This document shows positions 1 through 13,082 of a DNA stretch of 64,000 bases, in pieces. The position numbers and the translations under genes were made by a program. The notes beneath the pieces are model-generated. The model made no database searches and was not told the origin of the DNA. It saw only the letters and a program-made list of their open reading frames with translations. Position 1 is the stretch's first letter, and each line of letters opens with the position of its first letter. The stretch comes from Blastocystis sp. Blastoise (taxonomy: Eukaryota > Protista > Bigyra: Opalinata): assembly GCA_039096225.1 (NCBI GenBank), contig JBBPEB010000013.1, positions 2,099,989-2,163,988 on the forward strand, given 5' to 3'.

Positions 1-510
1 ATAATAATAATACAATTCGTAATGATTTTTCATTTTCTTATTGTATTTTTCAAAATTTTGATGATTTAGATCATTATGTTTTTATGTTATCTATTTATTA
101 TGAAGAAAATTATATATTTTATATTGATGACAATGAAATTAATACCCAAATAATAGATAAAATACATCAAATTGGTTAGATGAAACAATATATTCATTAG
201 AAAATAATCAAATTGATTTTTTTTCTTGTATAATATTAGAAAATAAGCATTACAAATCATTATCAGGATGTTTAATAATAAAACAAAAATGGAATAGTAA
301 ATTATTAACGTATACAACAATAAATATAAAATCTCCTTTATTAATGAATACTTTCTTATTTAAAAGATCAAAAGCAATTATTAAATGTTAATCGTTTTAT
401 TACAAGAATATATTATAATTTAGAAAAGAAATATTTCTTTATCAACATTACCTTTTCAATGATTTTTTTATAATTCTTTAGTAAATAATATAATTTTTGT
501 AATCATTCCT

Positions 511-1242
511 ATGTTTAAACGAAATACAGCAAAAATAATGTTAGAGAGTTTCTCAATTCAAACATATCATCCAAGTTATGTAATATTTCAGCACAGTCGT
601 CATTATATAGAAATACAAGTTTCTGTTTTTAATAATTCAAAATGTCATGTATATTAGTATGATCTAAAAATTGGAATATGAAATATCATACTAGAATATC
701 TGTTTCTTCTATTTTTGATACAAAATATATATTTTCAGTTGATGATGATAATTTTATGCAACTTAATAACATATTTCAAGAAGCTAAATCATGATTAAAT
801 CAAAATAATAATTCTATATATGTAAAGTATAAAATGAATTTTATAAAAAGATTTAAGTGATAAGAAAATGGAAGATATTGTTAATAAAGATGGATCCTAT
901 AATCATGGTGGATGTACGATTTTTTATTCTCCAGAAAAAGTAAAAATATTACTTAGATATAAGATATATACATATACCTATGGAGAAGATTTAGGTTTAA
1001 GTGTAACAAATAATATAGAATATAGAACAAAAAGTTATATCATTAATATTCCTACAAAAAATACTAACAAGGGATCAATTCAAATAAAATACTGGACTAA
1101 TCAAAAAGTATCAGATTTAAAGACATATAAGGATATTCGTCTACTAGTGAATCTACTCTTAGCAAATCCAATATTTAATTATCATAAACTTTATCATTAT
1201 TATGCATCTATCTGTTTTTTCATTATAATTATAAGTTCGTAA
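511..1242 (+). pseudogene. Decayed intronless coding-like segment, unknown product
   Basis: ORF 868-1242 (124 aa) has protein-like composition in its first ~95 aa. An upstream piece from ATG 511 (MFKRNTAKIMLESF...) is interrupted by stops. No recognisable motif. Confidence 0.2.
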
Positions 1243-1473
1243 TATCATTGTGAAAAATATATACAATGGCAAATATAATTTTTAAATATAGTCCTTAATA
1301 TTAATATTATTCAACTTATTTAAGTTTATTTTATTGTGCTTGAAATTGTATGCATAATTGGTTGTGTTGAAAGGTATAATAGTATAACAGGAACAATTTT
1401 TTGTTGCCACCAATATTTATTCATAAGAAAAATTAGTAATTAAACGATTTTATGAAATAATTCTTTTCAATTC

Positions 1474-1655
1474 CAGTGCCTTCCCACGTCACTGGACGGA
1501 ATTGCCACATGGCAATTGTCACCAAAATTTGTGACAAAATATTTATTTTTGACAGTGTAATTTTATATTTTTATGACTAAGTCTATTTAAGTCTGGCTGA
1601 AAGTGACAGTCAGCCCTTGTCATGGCAACTGTCACAAAAGTGAGGGAAGGCTCTG
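1474..1655. mobile_element. Non-autonomous hAT-type MITE (182 bp)
   Basis: Terminal inverted repeats CAGTGCCTTCCC (1474-1485) and GGGAAGGCTCTG (1644-1655), 11/12 match. Perfect 8-bp direct repeat TTCAATTC on both sides (1466-1473, 1656-1663). More GC-rich than flanks, with repeated TGTCAC/GTGACA-like subterminal motifs. An 8-bp TSD with CAG termini is typical of hAT. Confidence 0.85.
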
Positions 1656-1819
1656 TTCAATTCTTTATAAATGTATTTTCTAAATTTACATAATTTTGGT
1701 GACTTTCTTCATATAAATAATAAAGGAATAAAAACTTTAGATAATTGAAAACAAAAAAGCAAAAGTGCAGATGATTCTAAAATAATAATCATATCATACA
1801 TATTTTACAAGGTATTCTA

Positions 1820-1859
<40 letters not shown>

Positions 1860-2622
1860 CATAAAATAGTAATAATGTTTCTATTTGTTTGAGTTTCTAT
1901 TGTTAATCTTCATTAAATGTGATCAGTAATATACATAACATCTAGATAGTATTTTATATAAAGTTTTAATTTTTAGGCTATAAAGTATATATAATTTTTT
2001 GTTGTTTTCGTTATGCTTTTTTTATAACCATTTATATTTAAACTTATTTTTTGTGACATTTGATTTAAAAACACAAGATTTGTTTTAGCATAATTATTTA
2101 GAAATTTTGATAATTTATCGTATTATTATCAAAATTTAAGCTTTAATTCAAATAATGTTGTTTATAATTGATATGTGACAATAATGTTAGTTACATAAAA
2201 AATAACGCTAGTTTTAGTTATTTCTAAATATTATAATTTTATAATAAACAAAAATCTTAAAACAATTCTTGTATTTCTTTAGAAAGCTATTTTTTATCAT
2301 TTTTTAATATTTTATCATAGAATAAACTTTCTAAAACATCATATATTCTTTATTTTAAATAGATATTCGTTACCATATTAAAGTGTGTAAGAATTTTTTT
2401 AGATACCTCTAATTAAAACAAATATATGTAAATAATCAGTTAATAATATTTTTACATAGTTTCCAAAACATATAATAAAAATTAGAAAATATTTTTTAAT
2501 CTTTTAATTACTGTATATAAAAAATAACATTTTTAAGCTTTAGAAAAAAAATTATTAAAAAAGTTTTTTATGTTCTAATAGTATTCAAAGATTAACAAAA
2601 ATATAGATTTCAACAAAAATAA

Positions 2623-2770
2623 ATGCTGATATCATATTATAAATAAATGAATATAATGCTGACGTCACATAAAAAAAATTGATTTTAATGCTGACGTCAC
2701 ATAAAAATTAATTGTTTTTAATGCTGACGTCACATAATAAATAAATTTATTTTTATGCTGACGTCATATA
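2623..2770. repeat. Phased array of five ATGCTGA(CG/TA)TCA(C/T)AT motifs with TGACGTCA core, 32-34 bp period
   Basis: Motif starts at 2623, 2656, 2688, 2721 and 2755. Four copies carry the TGACGTCA palindrome and the first has TGATATCA. Spacers are A-run/T-run and differ from each other. Confidence 0.85.
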
Positions 2771-3759
2771 ATAAATACACTTTTTTTGTTTATATCTGAC
2801 ATTAAATCAACATGAGACAATCATAAACATAAAAATATCTTTAATAAGAAGATTTTCTGGCAAATTATTTAAGCATGATTCAGCTTCAGCAAATAGATGG
2901 CCAAAAAAGATGTGTTATTGATTCTGGTTTTTTCATTCATTCAACATTCTTTCAAATGTCATTCTTTTCATTAATTCAATCGTTGTGTGAATGATACCAT
3001 AAATATATATTTAGCAAAAGACAATAAAGCTATAGAATAAATAAAACAATAGAAATATATAAAAACGGAGTCATTTGAACATAATTTTGGAGAATAAGTA
3101 TCTTATTTTGAGGACTATATATATAAATGATAGGAATTATGATAATAATGATAAAATGTAAATATGTAACTTCAATGAGAACTACTAGATCAACTGAACA
3201 AAAACCAAAACTATCACTATGATGCAGGGAATGACCTATTTAAGAGTTTTAATTGGCTAATTTTATAATATAGTCCAATAAAATTTTTAAACATTTTGAC
3301 ATTCTAAAAAAATGATTTAGAGAAAGAATTTTTCTTAAAAACAAGAAAAATAAATAAAAAGTTGATATTATTTTCTATTCTTCTTAATTCTTCTCTTATA
3401 GAGTTTATATGTTTGTGACATTTTATTTGGCCAATAGAGTCTTTATTTGACAAACAGAGCAGTTTTTAGATTTGTTCACACAACATTAGTAGTTAGAAAA
3501 AGTTGACTTATTTTCAATTAAAAGTTGTCAAAATGTATTTAATAGACCATGTAGAGGTAAAATGTAAATGAATTAATTTGTTTTACGATATTTATAAAAA
3601 AAATCAAAAACAAAAATTCAGACAGTCAATTTTTTTATAAAATCGTATTTTTTCATTATAAAATAAATCAAAATTTGAAACTGTGTCTTTTGTTTTCTTT
3701 TTTTCTGAACTTTATGTATGATTTTATATTTGATTTCAATACATTATGTTTATTTAGGT

Positions 3760-5000
3760 ACAATGTCCTCCTTCTAAATATGTTTTATTTTTTTATAGTT
3801 TATTTTACTTAATTTATTTATTCATTTAGGAGTCAGGTTTTTAAAGATGAGGAAATTTCTTTCATTTTGAAATCGCGTTATGTGTTCTCAAAGATTATTT
3901 AGCTTTGTGAAAAATACTTTCAGTATATAATTACTTTTTAAATTAGTTATATTTATTTGATTCATTTTATAGTATGAAGTAACTTACGGTTCTTCAAAGG
4001 AAATCCTTTGTTTTCTGTGTCAGTTTAGATGAATATTTTTATTTAGTATATTATAATTACTTTTATTATTATTATTATTGTTTTTCTATTAATTTATTTT
4101 TATATTTATTTATAATAGTATTTGTCAATTTTTTATTTATATATTTTTAAATAATATTTTTATTATTAAATTTTTTATGCTAATAAATTTTATATATAGA
4201 TATACGATTAAAAGACTATAATTGAATTTGAAACATTTATATATTTAGATTGATTTTTCTCTGTCATTTTATATATAAAAATATAGATGAGTATATATTT
4301 ATTATTATTATATTTATTATATTTATTGTATCATTTATATATATTTATATAGACATAATATAATAGATATATATACATCCTTTCACTTTCTTCCCTTCTA
4401 TTATATATCACCTTTCTGTTTATATCCTTCTTTCATTTTATATATATATCAATTATTAAGAGTATATCGTAAAGAAGCATTAGTATTTATTATTGATATA
4501 ATAGAATATATTATGAAAGAATATATAAGTGTTTTTTATGAACGTATAAAGAAAGGATAATATTATTTATATACTTATCAATGAAAATAATTAAGTATGA
4601 TAACTATTCAAACTATATTGTAATATAGAAATTATATATCAATATCATTAGAATTATTGTTACTTTTTTTTATTACTTAAGATAATAATAAGAATTATTA
4701 TATAAATAGAGTTTATTCTTAGAATTATTATCGAGTTGCTATCACATATTATATTATATGTATATACCAACAATAAGTGAACAATATGTTAAAGAAGTTA
4801 TTCAATTATTAAACCAATTAAATGATAAGCAATGTTGTATATATAAATATAATTATTATACTTATTATATTATATATACTTATTATTATTATTATTATAT
4901 ATATAAGCTTATCTATGGAAAATGAAATTTATTGGTTTTAAATTATTCATTGTCTATATATATATAAATGTATTTGAAGGAAATACTATGACAGATTTCT
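3760..5000 (+). pseudogene. Heavily decayed intron-containing gene relic, possibly ARF-like small GTPase; paralogous relic near 34800-35620
   Basis: Shares AAAATACTTT(C/T)AGTATATA..T...TTTTT.AATTAGTTATATTTATTT with 34822-34868. Fragments read by eye (KEILCFL, KTIIEFETF, KEALVFIID, IILYVYTNNK) fall loosely in ARF motif order, with many stops and frameshifts. Confidence 0.2.
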
Positions 5001-5044
5001 TACAACAACAAGAATATATATATTATTATTATAATTATTATAGC

Positions 5045-5082
<38 letters not shown>

Positions 5083-6581
5083 TTCAATTATAATAACCTC
5101 TTTCAAAAAAATCTTCATTATTTAATTTTTTATATGATTTATTATCTTCATTCTATTCTACTTTTTCTATTCCAATTAATATATCAAAAGAAATAGCCTA
5201 TATAAAAGTGATATACTTTATAGTAACTACTCTTCTTCCTTATTCTATTACTATATATATATTATGAATTCAGTGAATATATACATTTTTCGTGTATTAT
5301 TAATATTATTCTTTTTTTAAAATCTTTATGTGTTTTATTCAAAATAGATTTATATTAAACTTTATGATAAATAAATGTCATTACAAAATTTTTTAATAAT
5401 TAAATAATATTTTAATATTACCTATTACTTTTGATATATTTTTCAGCATAACAATTTAAATTATTTTTTATATTTTTAAATCATTCATAGTAACTTATTT
5501 CTACTCTAATAAACATAGAAGAATAAAATAAATTATTTTTTAAAAGAATGTACTAATTAGATAAACATAAAGCAATATAAGCTATTATATTTTATGAATT
5601 ACTATTTTTGAATCAATTATATCATACTAATATATCAATAGAATCAATATATAAGTGCAATTAAGACTTCATTCTCTAAAAATCTAAAAATTTATTTTGT
5701 TAATAATCTTTAAATGTTATTAATAAAAATAAAGGCTTATAACCTGTATAAAGTAGTATTAATAGATTTTTGTTTAGTAAAGACTTTTTAGCATAAAAAA
5801 AGAGAAAAACGGATATTTTTATCTATCCCCTAGATTTAAACAAAGTTTTATAAAAATTTTATATATAAATAGAAAGATGACTCTTTTTACAATTCTCAAT
5901 CTTCATATAATATATATATTTTAGATGTTTAATAAAATATATTTTTATTATTTTATGCATATAATAGTATATAAATTTCTGAATATCATCCAAATAATAA
6001 ACAAATGAATAAAATTATGAATTATGTATATATATATATTCTATTACTTATTCTGTAGGTATATTATATTATTATTTACTCAAATAATCAAAAACCAATT
6101 TTATTGAAATGGTTTGTTTTTACTAATTACATTCTAGCAATTGAAATATGATATCAAGTTTAACGCATGTCCTTTGCAATAGCTCTCTTAGAGGGTATAT
6201 ACATACATTTCTTTTTATTCTTTACATTCTGAGTCTATCTTTATAAATAGGTATTAAAAGATTCAGTGCTGTTATCGAATATCAATATGTATCTAGACTA
6301 CTTGATTAACAACTTAAACATTTTCATTTCTATAACTTAGTTTGTTTTTTTTTATTCTTTATTCTTTTCTTTTAATACTTGAATAATAATTAAACTATTT
6401 CATTTTAAATATGTATCATTGGCTGATATAAAAGAAAATAGCATTTTCATTGGGTCATTTTTAAAGATGTTTTTATTTTCTTATGAATTTTCCAAATATA
6501 TTGTTGTCTTTCCTAATACTTATAAATAAGCTGAAAATTTTCTGATTCCGTCTGATGTTAAAACCTCTCTTTATATAGTCT

Positions 6582-9245
6582 TTATATAGAAACCTGATTT
6601 ATAATGGTAGTAAGTATTTCTATATAGGGTTGATCTTCAAAGGATGTAGAAATAGTAATAGTATATAGATCTCGATAAGAAGAAAGATGAAGAGGAGAAT
6701 CTATTAGAAACTATATAAATATTATAAATTATATATGATTATATATATACATGAATATGATTATTATTGAGAGTATAAGAATAGAGAAGAGGAGGAGAAG
6801 AAGTTAAATTAAATTGTTGATTTATAGGAATAGGACTATATAATAATAATATTAATAAAAAAAAATAAATATACATTTCATTATTATGAATATCTTTAAC
6901 AATAACATCTAATTCTCTTCTTATTTCAGGTACAAATCCCATACTGAATGTTCCTGAATAGGTTGATGATAAAGAATACTTTAAACATGTGAATGTAGTA
7001 ATTGTCACTGATGTATCCAATATAGGCATATTATTATATAATAATATAAACGTATAATTACGAGCAGTAGGAAGATGAGGTATAGTTGTATATAGATTAA
7101 AGAAAATAATAGTATTTAATTATTATTATTAATATATATATATATAAAAGGATATTTATAAGTACCAAGTGATGTAGTTTCAACTATATACATGATTCCA
7201 TCATAATAATCTTCATCTATATTTATCCTATATATATATATTCATTTATATTTATATATAATAATAATAATAGAATACCATTTAAGATTAGATTGTTGAC
7301 CCGTAATAATATGTTGATTTTCATCAAATATTTGAAATGAAAAGAATGGATCAGTTTCTAAATTAGCATTTAATATCGATGATACATGAAATTTAAGAGG
7401 AGATGTTAATCTATAAATATATATAAAGAAAATAACATAATAATAATAATATACATGAATAGAGAATAAGGAAGAGAAGATAGAGTAATAGGAATATCTT
7501 TAGAGAATAGATTATCTTGTTTATTTTGAAAGAATAGACGTATATATAAATAAGGATATTCTGATTCAGTAAGACCAATAATAGAAGACATTTCAACAAT
7601 ATAATGAATATGAATACTATAAATAAATAAATAAATAATAATATTAAATATACGTATTATTGAGTATATGTTTATCTACAGTAAAAGGAGTATCTTCTAA
7701 AGTATCAGCTCGTCGAATATCTATATCAATATATTCTCCTTCATGATTATATATAGAAAAAGAAGGATCTTCTTTTGAATATCCACCTTCTTCAATATAA
7801 TATGTAGCATTCAATGAATTAAAATATTCATCCTATTATAAATATATAATAATCATAATAATAAATAAATACTTTTAAATTCATATAGATATCTCCACAA
7901 ATAGAAATATTTGTAGAATCACAATAAGAAACATATTCAATTCCAGTCCCATGAATATCAGTATGAGCAATATAAAGAGTACCAGGAACAACAGCTATTA
8001 TAGATAATATATATTATATATATTATAAATATATTTACTTAGATAAGAATCATAGATATTTCCAGAAACTAATGTAATCAATGAAATCTTATGGAATCCT
8101 GATACTTTAGCAGGTATAGAACATGTACTAAGAAGACTTATTGAATCTGGATTCATAACATCATAATAAGTATTTCGATCTATATAAAATTATATTCAAA
8201 TTATATATATTATATATATACCTTCTACATAACTATAATCACATATTTTATATACACTTTTTAAATTAATTACTGAATTATTATATCTATAAATAATATA
8301 TATATAAATAAAGAATAAAAAATAATTACATATCAAAGAATTTAATGTTTATAGGAATAATATCACCAGCAGTATAAAGAGAATCATGAGTTACTTGAAT
8401 TGTAGATGTACTATATATATATAAGAGAATAATAATAAAAATAATATACATTTCAGTAGAAGGTATAGTAGTGATATTCCATTCTAAAGAGGACCAAATA
8501 TTATCTTCAGATAAACAATCTATTTTCACAGTGATATTTCTAACTTTTGAAGGTAATTGAATAAATGTATAAAGAGGACAAATAGAAGTATATTGATATT
8601 CTTGTGTATATATATCAAGAGAAGGAGATGTTGAAAATGAATAAAAGGATTTCTGAGTATACTATATAATAATATTATTTAATAAATAAATATATATATA
8701 TACTTCTCCATCACCTTTAATATACACTTTATATTTATCTCTTCGATTATCTAAACAATATCCATCATCATATATATCTCTTGTATATATATACATATAC
8801 GTTAATGTACCTGCAAAACTAATAGGACTGTAAAAAGTAGAATTAAGAAAAATATATAATATTATTATTGAGAGAATATAATATAAAATAATATAATAAT
8901 AAAAAGGATATATAGATTTCAGTTTTCGAACAATCATTAGGACTAATTCTACTTTGAATAGTACAATATATATAAGAATTAATCTTATCAATATCTTCTT
9001 CTTCTTCTTGATTTAGAAGACGTACATATAAATGACCATTAGAAATCTCACGAAAGAAACGAATGGATAATGTATATTGTGAAGTAGAATCCATAGTGAT
9101 TCTATAACTAAAGAATTGATCGGATTCCCCTGGAAATAAAGGAATATCAAATCCTTCTGAAGATGTCACATATAATTTTATTATAAAATTATTCTGATTC
9201 ACTAAATTATAATAGCGATCTCTTACTATTAATGTAAACTATATA

Positions 9246-9282
<37 letters not shown>

Positions 9283-12200
9283 CAACACTTCTATATAAAG
9301 GAATAATTGAATAGATAGTAGAGATAGAAGAGTAGAGATAAGAAGGAACATCACTATATACTGATAATTGGAATGGAGTATTAATCACAGATAAACCATT
9401 CACACTATAGAAATATTATTATTATTTATTATATAAATATATATATATATATACATCCATCTAAAATAAACAGATTCTGAAGTATAAGAAACAAATTGAT
9501 ATATTAATTTTTCATGTAATGGATCTATATAATAATAATAAATAATAAATAATAATAAATATATAAAATACCTTCTTTTGAAGTAAAGAAATAAGATTGA
9601 TCTGTATTTAATAGAATTGTTCCTGTAAATAATGTTGTAGGAACTGTATTATTATATTCATCACGAAAATATATTTCAAAATTATCTATATATATATATT
9701 ATTATTATTATATAAACAAAAAAATATAAATATATACGAATAATGCCAACACTAGTAGTTTTATTTGGTGGTATAAAAATAGTATTAGAAGGAAGAAGAG
9801 AACCATGAGTTACTGTCCATGCAGATAAGAATGGAGAATAATGAATAGGAATACCATCTACTGTTATATAAATATCATATATAGCTACATAGATAGCTTT
9901 TAAATATAAATAAAGAGAAGAAGAAGAAAGATAGGAGAAGGTATATGTAGGAAGAGATGGAACTATATATATATATAGAATAATAATAATAAATAAATAA
10001 AATATAAAATACCCTTTCGATCACTAATAAAAGTGATTTTAATTCGTTGTTCGAGATCAATATCTATAGGTATTTGTCCACATCGACTATTAAGGAATAA
10101 TTGAAGTGGATATATAGATCCTGCAGTACTCGTGAAGAAGAGAGGATATTCAGAAGGAGTAATAGTAGTAGAAGTCAAAGGAATCGTTGATACTGTAGGA
10201 GATATCAATTGGATACCCTATTCAATATAATTATATTATTATTATTATTAATATATACATTTTCGGGTGAAATAATTTCTAAATAATATCCTGATGATAA
10301 ATGAGAGACAGAATCCTATAAACATAATAATAATAATATATAGAATAATACAAGATTGATATTGAGAGTATGTTTATTAGAGAGATAGAGATGAAGTTGA
10401 TTATATCTGGAGATCAATTGTAGAGTTAATTGTCCATTATTATAGAAGGAATAGGATACTGAAGTAATTATAGAAGGAGATTTCATTGTAGGAGGAGTAT
10501 CACCAGGTAAATATACTTGAAGAACTATATATTTATTATTATTTATTATTATTATATTTATATACTATTTTCATTAAAGAAGAATATATAAGAATTAGTT
10601 TGAGAGAAACATCGAGATTGAAGTATATTATTATAAGGAATATCAGGGTTTATTACAGGAGTAGAAGAAGAGTATTGTATATAAGGATGAAGAAGAATAC
10701 AAAATGGAGATATGGATTCTATATAATATATATAATATATAGTATATATATACCTAAATAGATATTTGATTTAAATTGAAGTATTTCATACATATAAATA
10801 TGATATCCAAATATTGATGTTTTATTAAGAGATACAGTCTAAATATATATATATAATGATAAATATATAAAAATACTTGTTGTTGAATATGAATATTTTT
10901 GAAATCTCTTGTACAATAATAAGGATTTTCTCCTTCACTGTTTAAAGTACTACTATAACTATTTCCAGAGAGATTAATAGTATTATTCATATTCGGTATA
11001 GTTGTAGTATCTTCTTTATCAATAATCATAGAAACTACTTTAGAGAGAAGAGGAGCATCACAGAGAAATGTCAAATTCGTTTGAGTTATAAAACGAGATA
11101 TAGAATCTATATAATAATATTATTTTTATTATTATTATTATGTATACTTGATTGAGTTCCACATGTTCTAGAAGCAAAGAATATAGATATAGAATAGGTG
11201 ATTCCAGGAATAAGACCTAATTTATCTGCATAATTCGTTATATTAATATGAGAACCAACTGGAGTATTATAACTATATATAATAATAATAATAATATATA
11301 ATATATATTATATATACCCTCCATAATCTAAGAATAAATGTTTATTAATAAAAACCCATAATCCATTATTCGTTTCAAAATCTATAAATTGATCTGTTCT
11401 ATTCTCATATCTATATATAATAATAATATTATATAAATATAAAATAATAATATACAAGAAGAATAGATTTGTTTTCATAGTAAACCAACATTTCTTACCA
11501 ATATATTCTTCTATTGGACTTAATGAATATCCTCCTTTTACATCTGTTAAAGGAAAATAAGTAGGACTAAAAGATATAGAATATTATATAGAATATATTT
11601 ATATATATACTAGTTAAGAGTAAGAAGGTTTTTGGTACCAATAATACCAATAAGAGGAAAAGAGAAAGAATAGGAATTATTACTTTCTGTAAACCATGTA
11701 TTGAAGGTAGAATATGTAGAATTCATAGATGCACTATAAAAAGAAGAATAAAAAAAATATTATAAAAATAATAAATATATACACAGGAAGATCATAATCA
11801 TTGAGTTCTGATTCAACGAATCCAGTTTCTTTCGAACTTCCCCATTTCTGAAAGTCAGTATTCCCTTGGGGATCTAAACAACATAATCGAGAAATCACTT
11901 CATTATTATGGAAATCATCAGTAATATCCTCTACGAAACAACATCCATCTCCTGCAGCAGTATAATCATAATAGGTACTCATTGTATATATTATAGCTAT
12001 AAAGAATTATATTCATTAATTATATATAAATATACGAGAAATAGCAACAAAAATTCGAATATTATTATCAGCATAATCATTCACTTTATCACATACTGTT
12101 TCTACTCTATCTTCTTTTGAATATAAATTTGAATATATATATCTATATATAATATAATAATACAAAAATAAATAAATATATACTTTGGATAATTTGAAGG

Positions 12201-13082
12201 TTGTTTTGTAATAAAATTATCTGTATAATGAATAATACAATCACGAATACCAAATCCTTTCTCATCAACATATAATGCATATACTCTATATAAATAAATA
12301 AATAATTAATAATTATATATATACTTATAAGTAACTGATTTTGTTTGTATTTCAATATATTCACCTCCAAGAAGTGATTGACAAGAATCATAAGGCCATT
12401 GATTCGTTATGAATTCATTAAATGTAGAATACTTTTGAAAAGTCATTATGAAATATTCATCATCAGACCAACCATTTATATTCAATATTAACAACTTTAA
12501 CGAGGTTCCTGGCAATAACGAAATAGGAAGGGAACCTATAAATATATTTTTAATTTATATTCATTTTTTATAAATAAATATGATGAGTATAATCATAAAT
12601 TTCATATTTTTAGAAATAAATAAATTATAAAAATCATACCAATTACGTCGTAATCTCTGAATGAATTATTCTCTATGTTCTTAAAGCCTGTAGGATCCGA
12701 TATATGTTCTATATAACTTCGTTTATCTGTTATAAAGTCATTATTGGAATTCGAATAAAACATTTCCCACATTTGACCTTGAAAATGATAACAATAAGTC
12801 TAAATAAATTTATAAATGATTCTAGAATTCTATTTATGTATCATTATATACAAGATAAACTTCATTACGATCTTTTCCTATCCAAACATATTCAGAATCA
12901 AAATAATAATCACCTCCTTGTTTTATCATACAATCTTGTACAGGCAATTCTCTTGATTTACCTATTCAATTATGTGGAATATTAGATAAAAGAGAGAATA
13001 GAAAAAACATACCTAATTTATTTCCAGAATAAACTGCTAAACATGTAGTATAGATGAATAAGAGTAGATAAAATATTCTCAT
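6582..13082 (-). CDS. Secreted multi-domain protein: fibro-slime (PA14-superfamily) domain followed by Ig/filamin-like beta repeats; ~40 short introns
   Basis: ATG 13082 opens signal peptide MRIFYLLLFIYTTCLA. Manual splicing of 11930-11070 gives NTDFQKWGSSKETGFVESELNDYDLPV..FNTWF..YFPLTDVKGG..WFTMKTNLFFLYEN..FIDFETNNGLWVFINKHLFLDYGG..KLGLIPGITYSISIFFASRTCGTQS..SRFITQTNL, which follows the fibro-slime consensus (HPDFE..G.V..L..P, FFPID, FT, GDDDVWVFIN..LV.DLGG, LGL..G..Y..F.AER, F.I.TNL). Downstream exons carry filamin-like motifs (DGIPIHYSPF, YFRDEYNN, VNGLSVINTPFQLSV). First in-frame TAA of the last exon is at 6584-6582; the 3' end is less certain. Confidence 0.8.

Noticed and set aside
87-320. 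This and many other 60-100 aa I/Y/L/F-rich ORFs in the track
   Set aside because: Expected by chance in very AT-rich DNA, or exon fragments reading into introns.
2623-2770. CRISPR-like repeat-spacer appearance
   Set aside because: Eukaryotic context, 14-bp repeats, ~19-bp low-complexity spacers and no cas genes.
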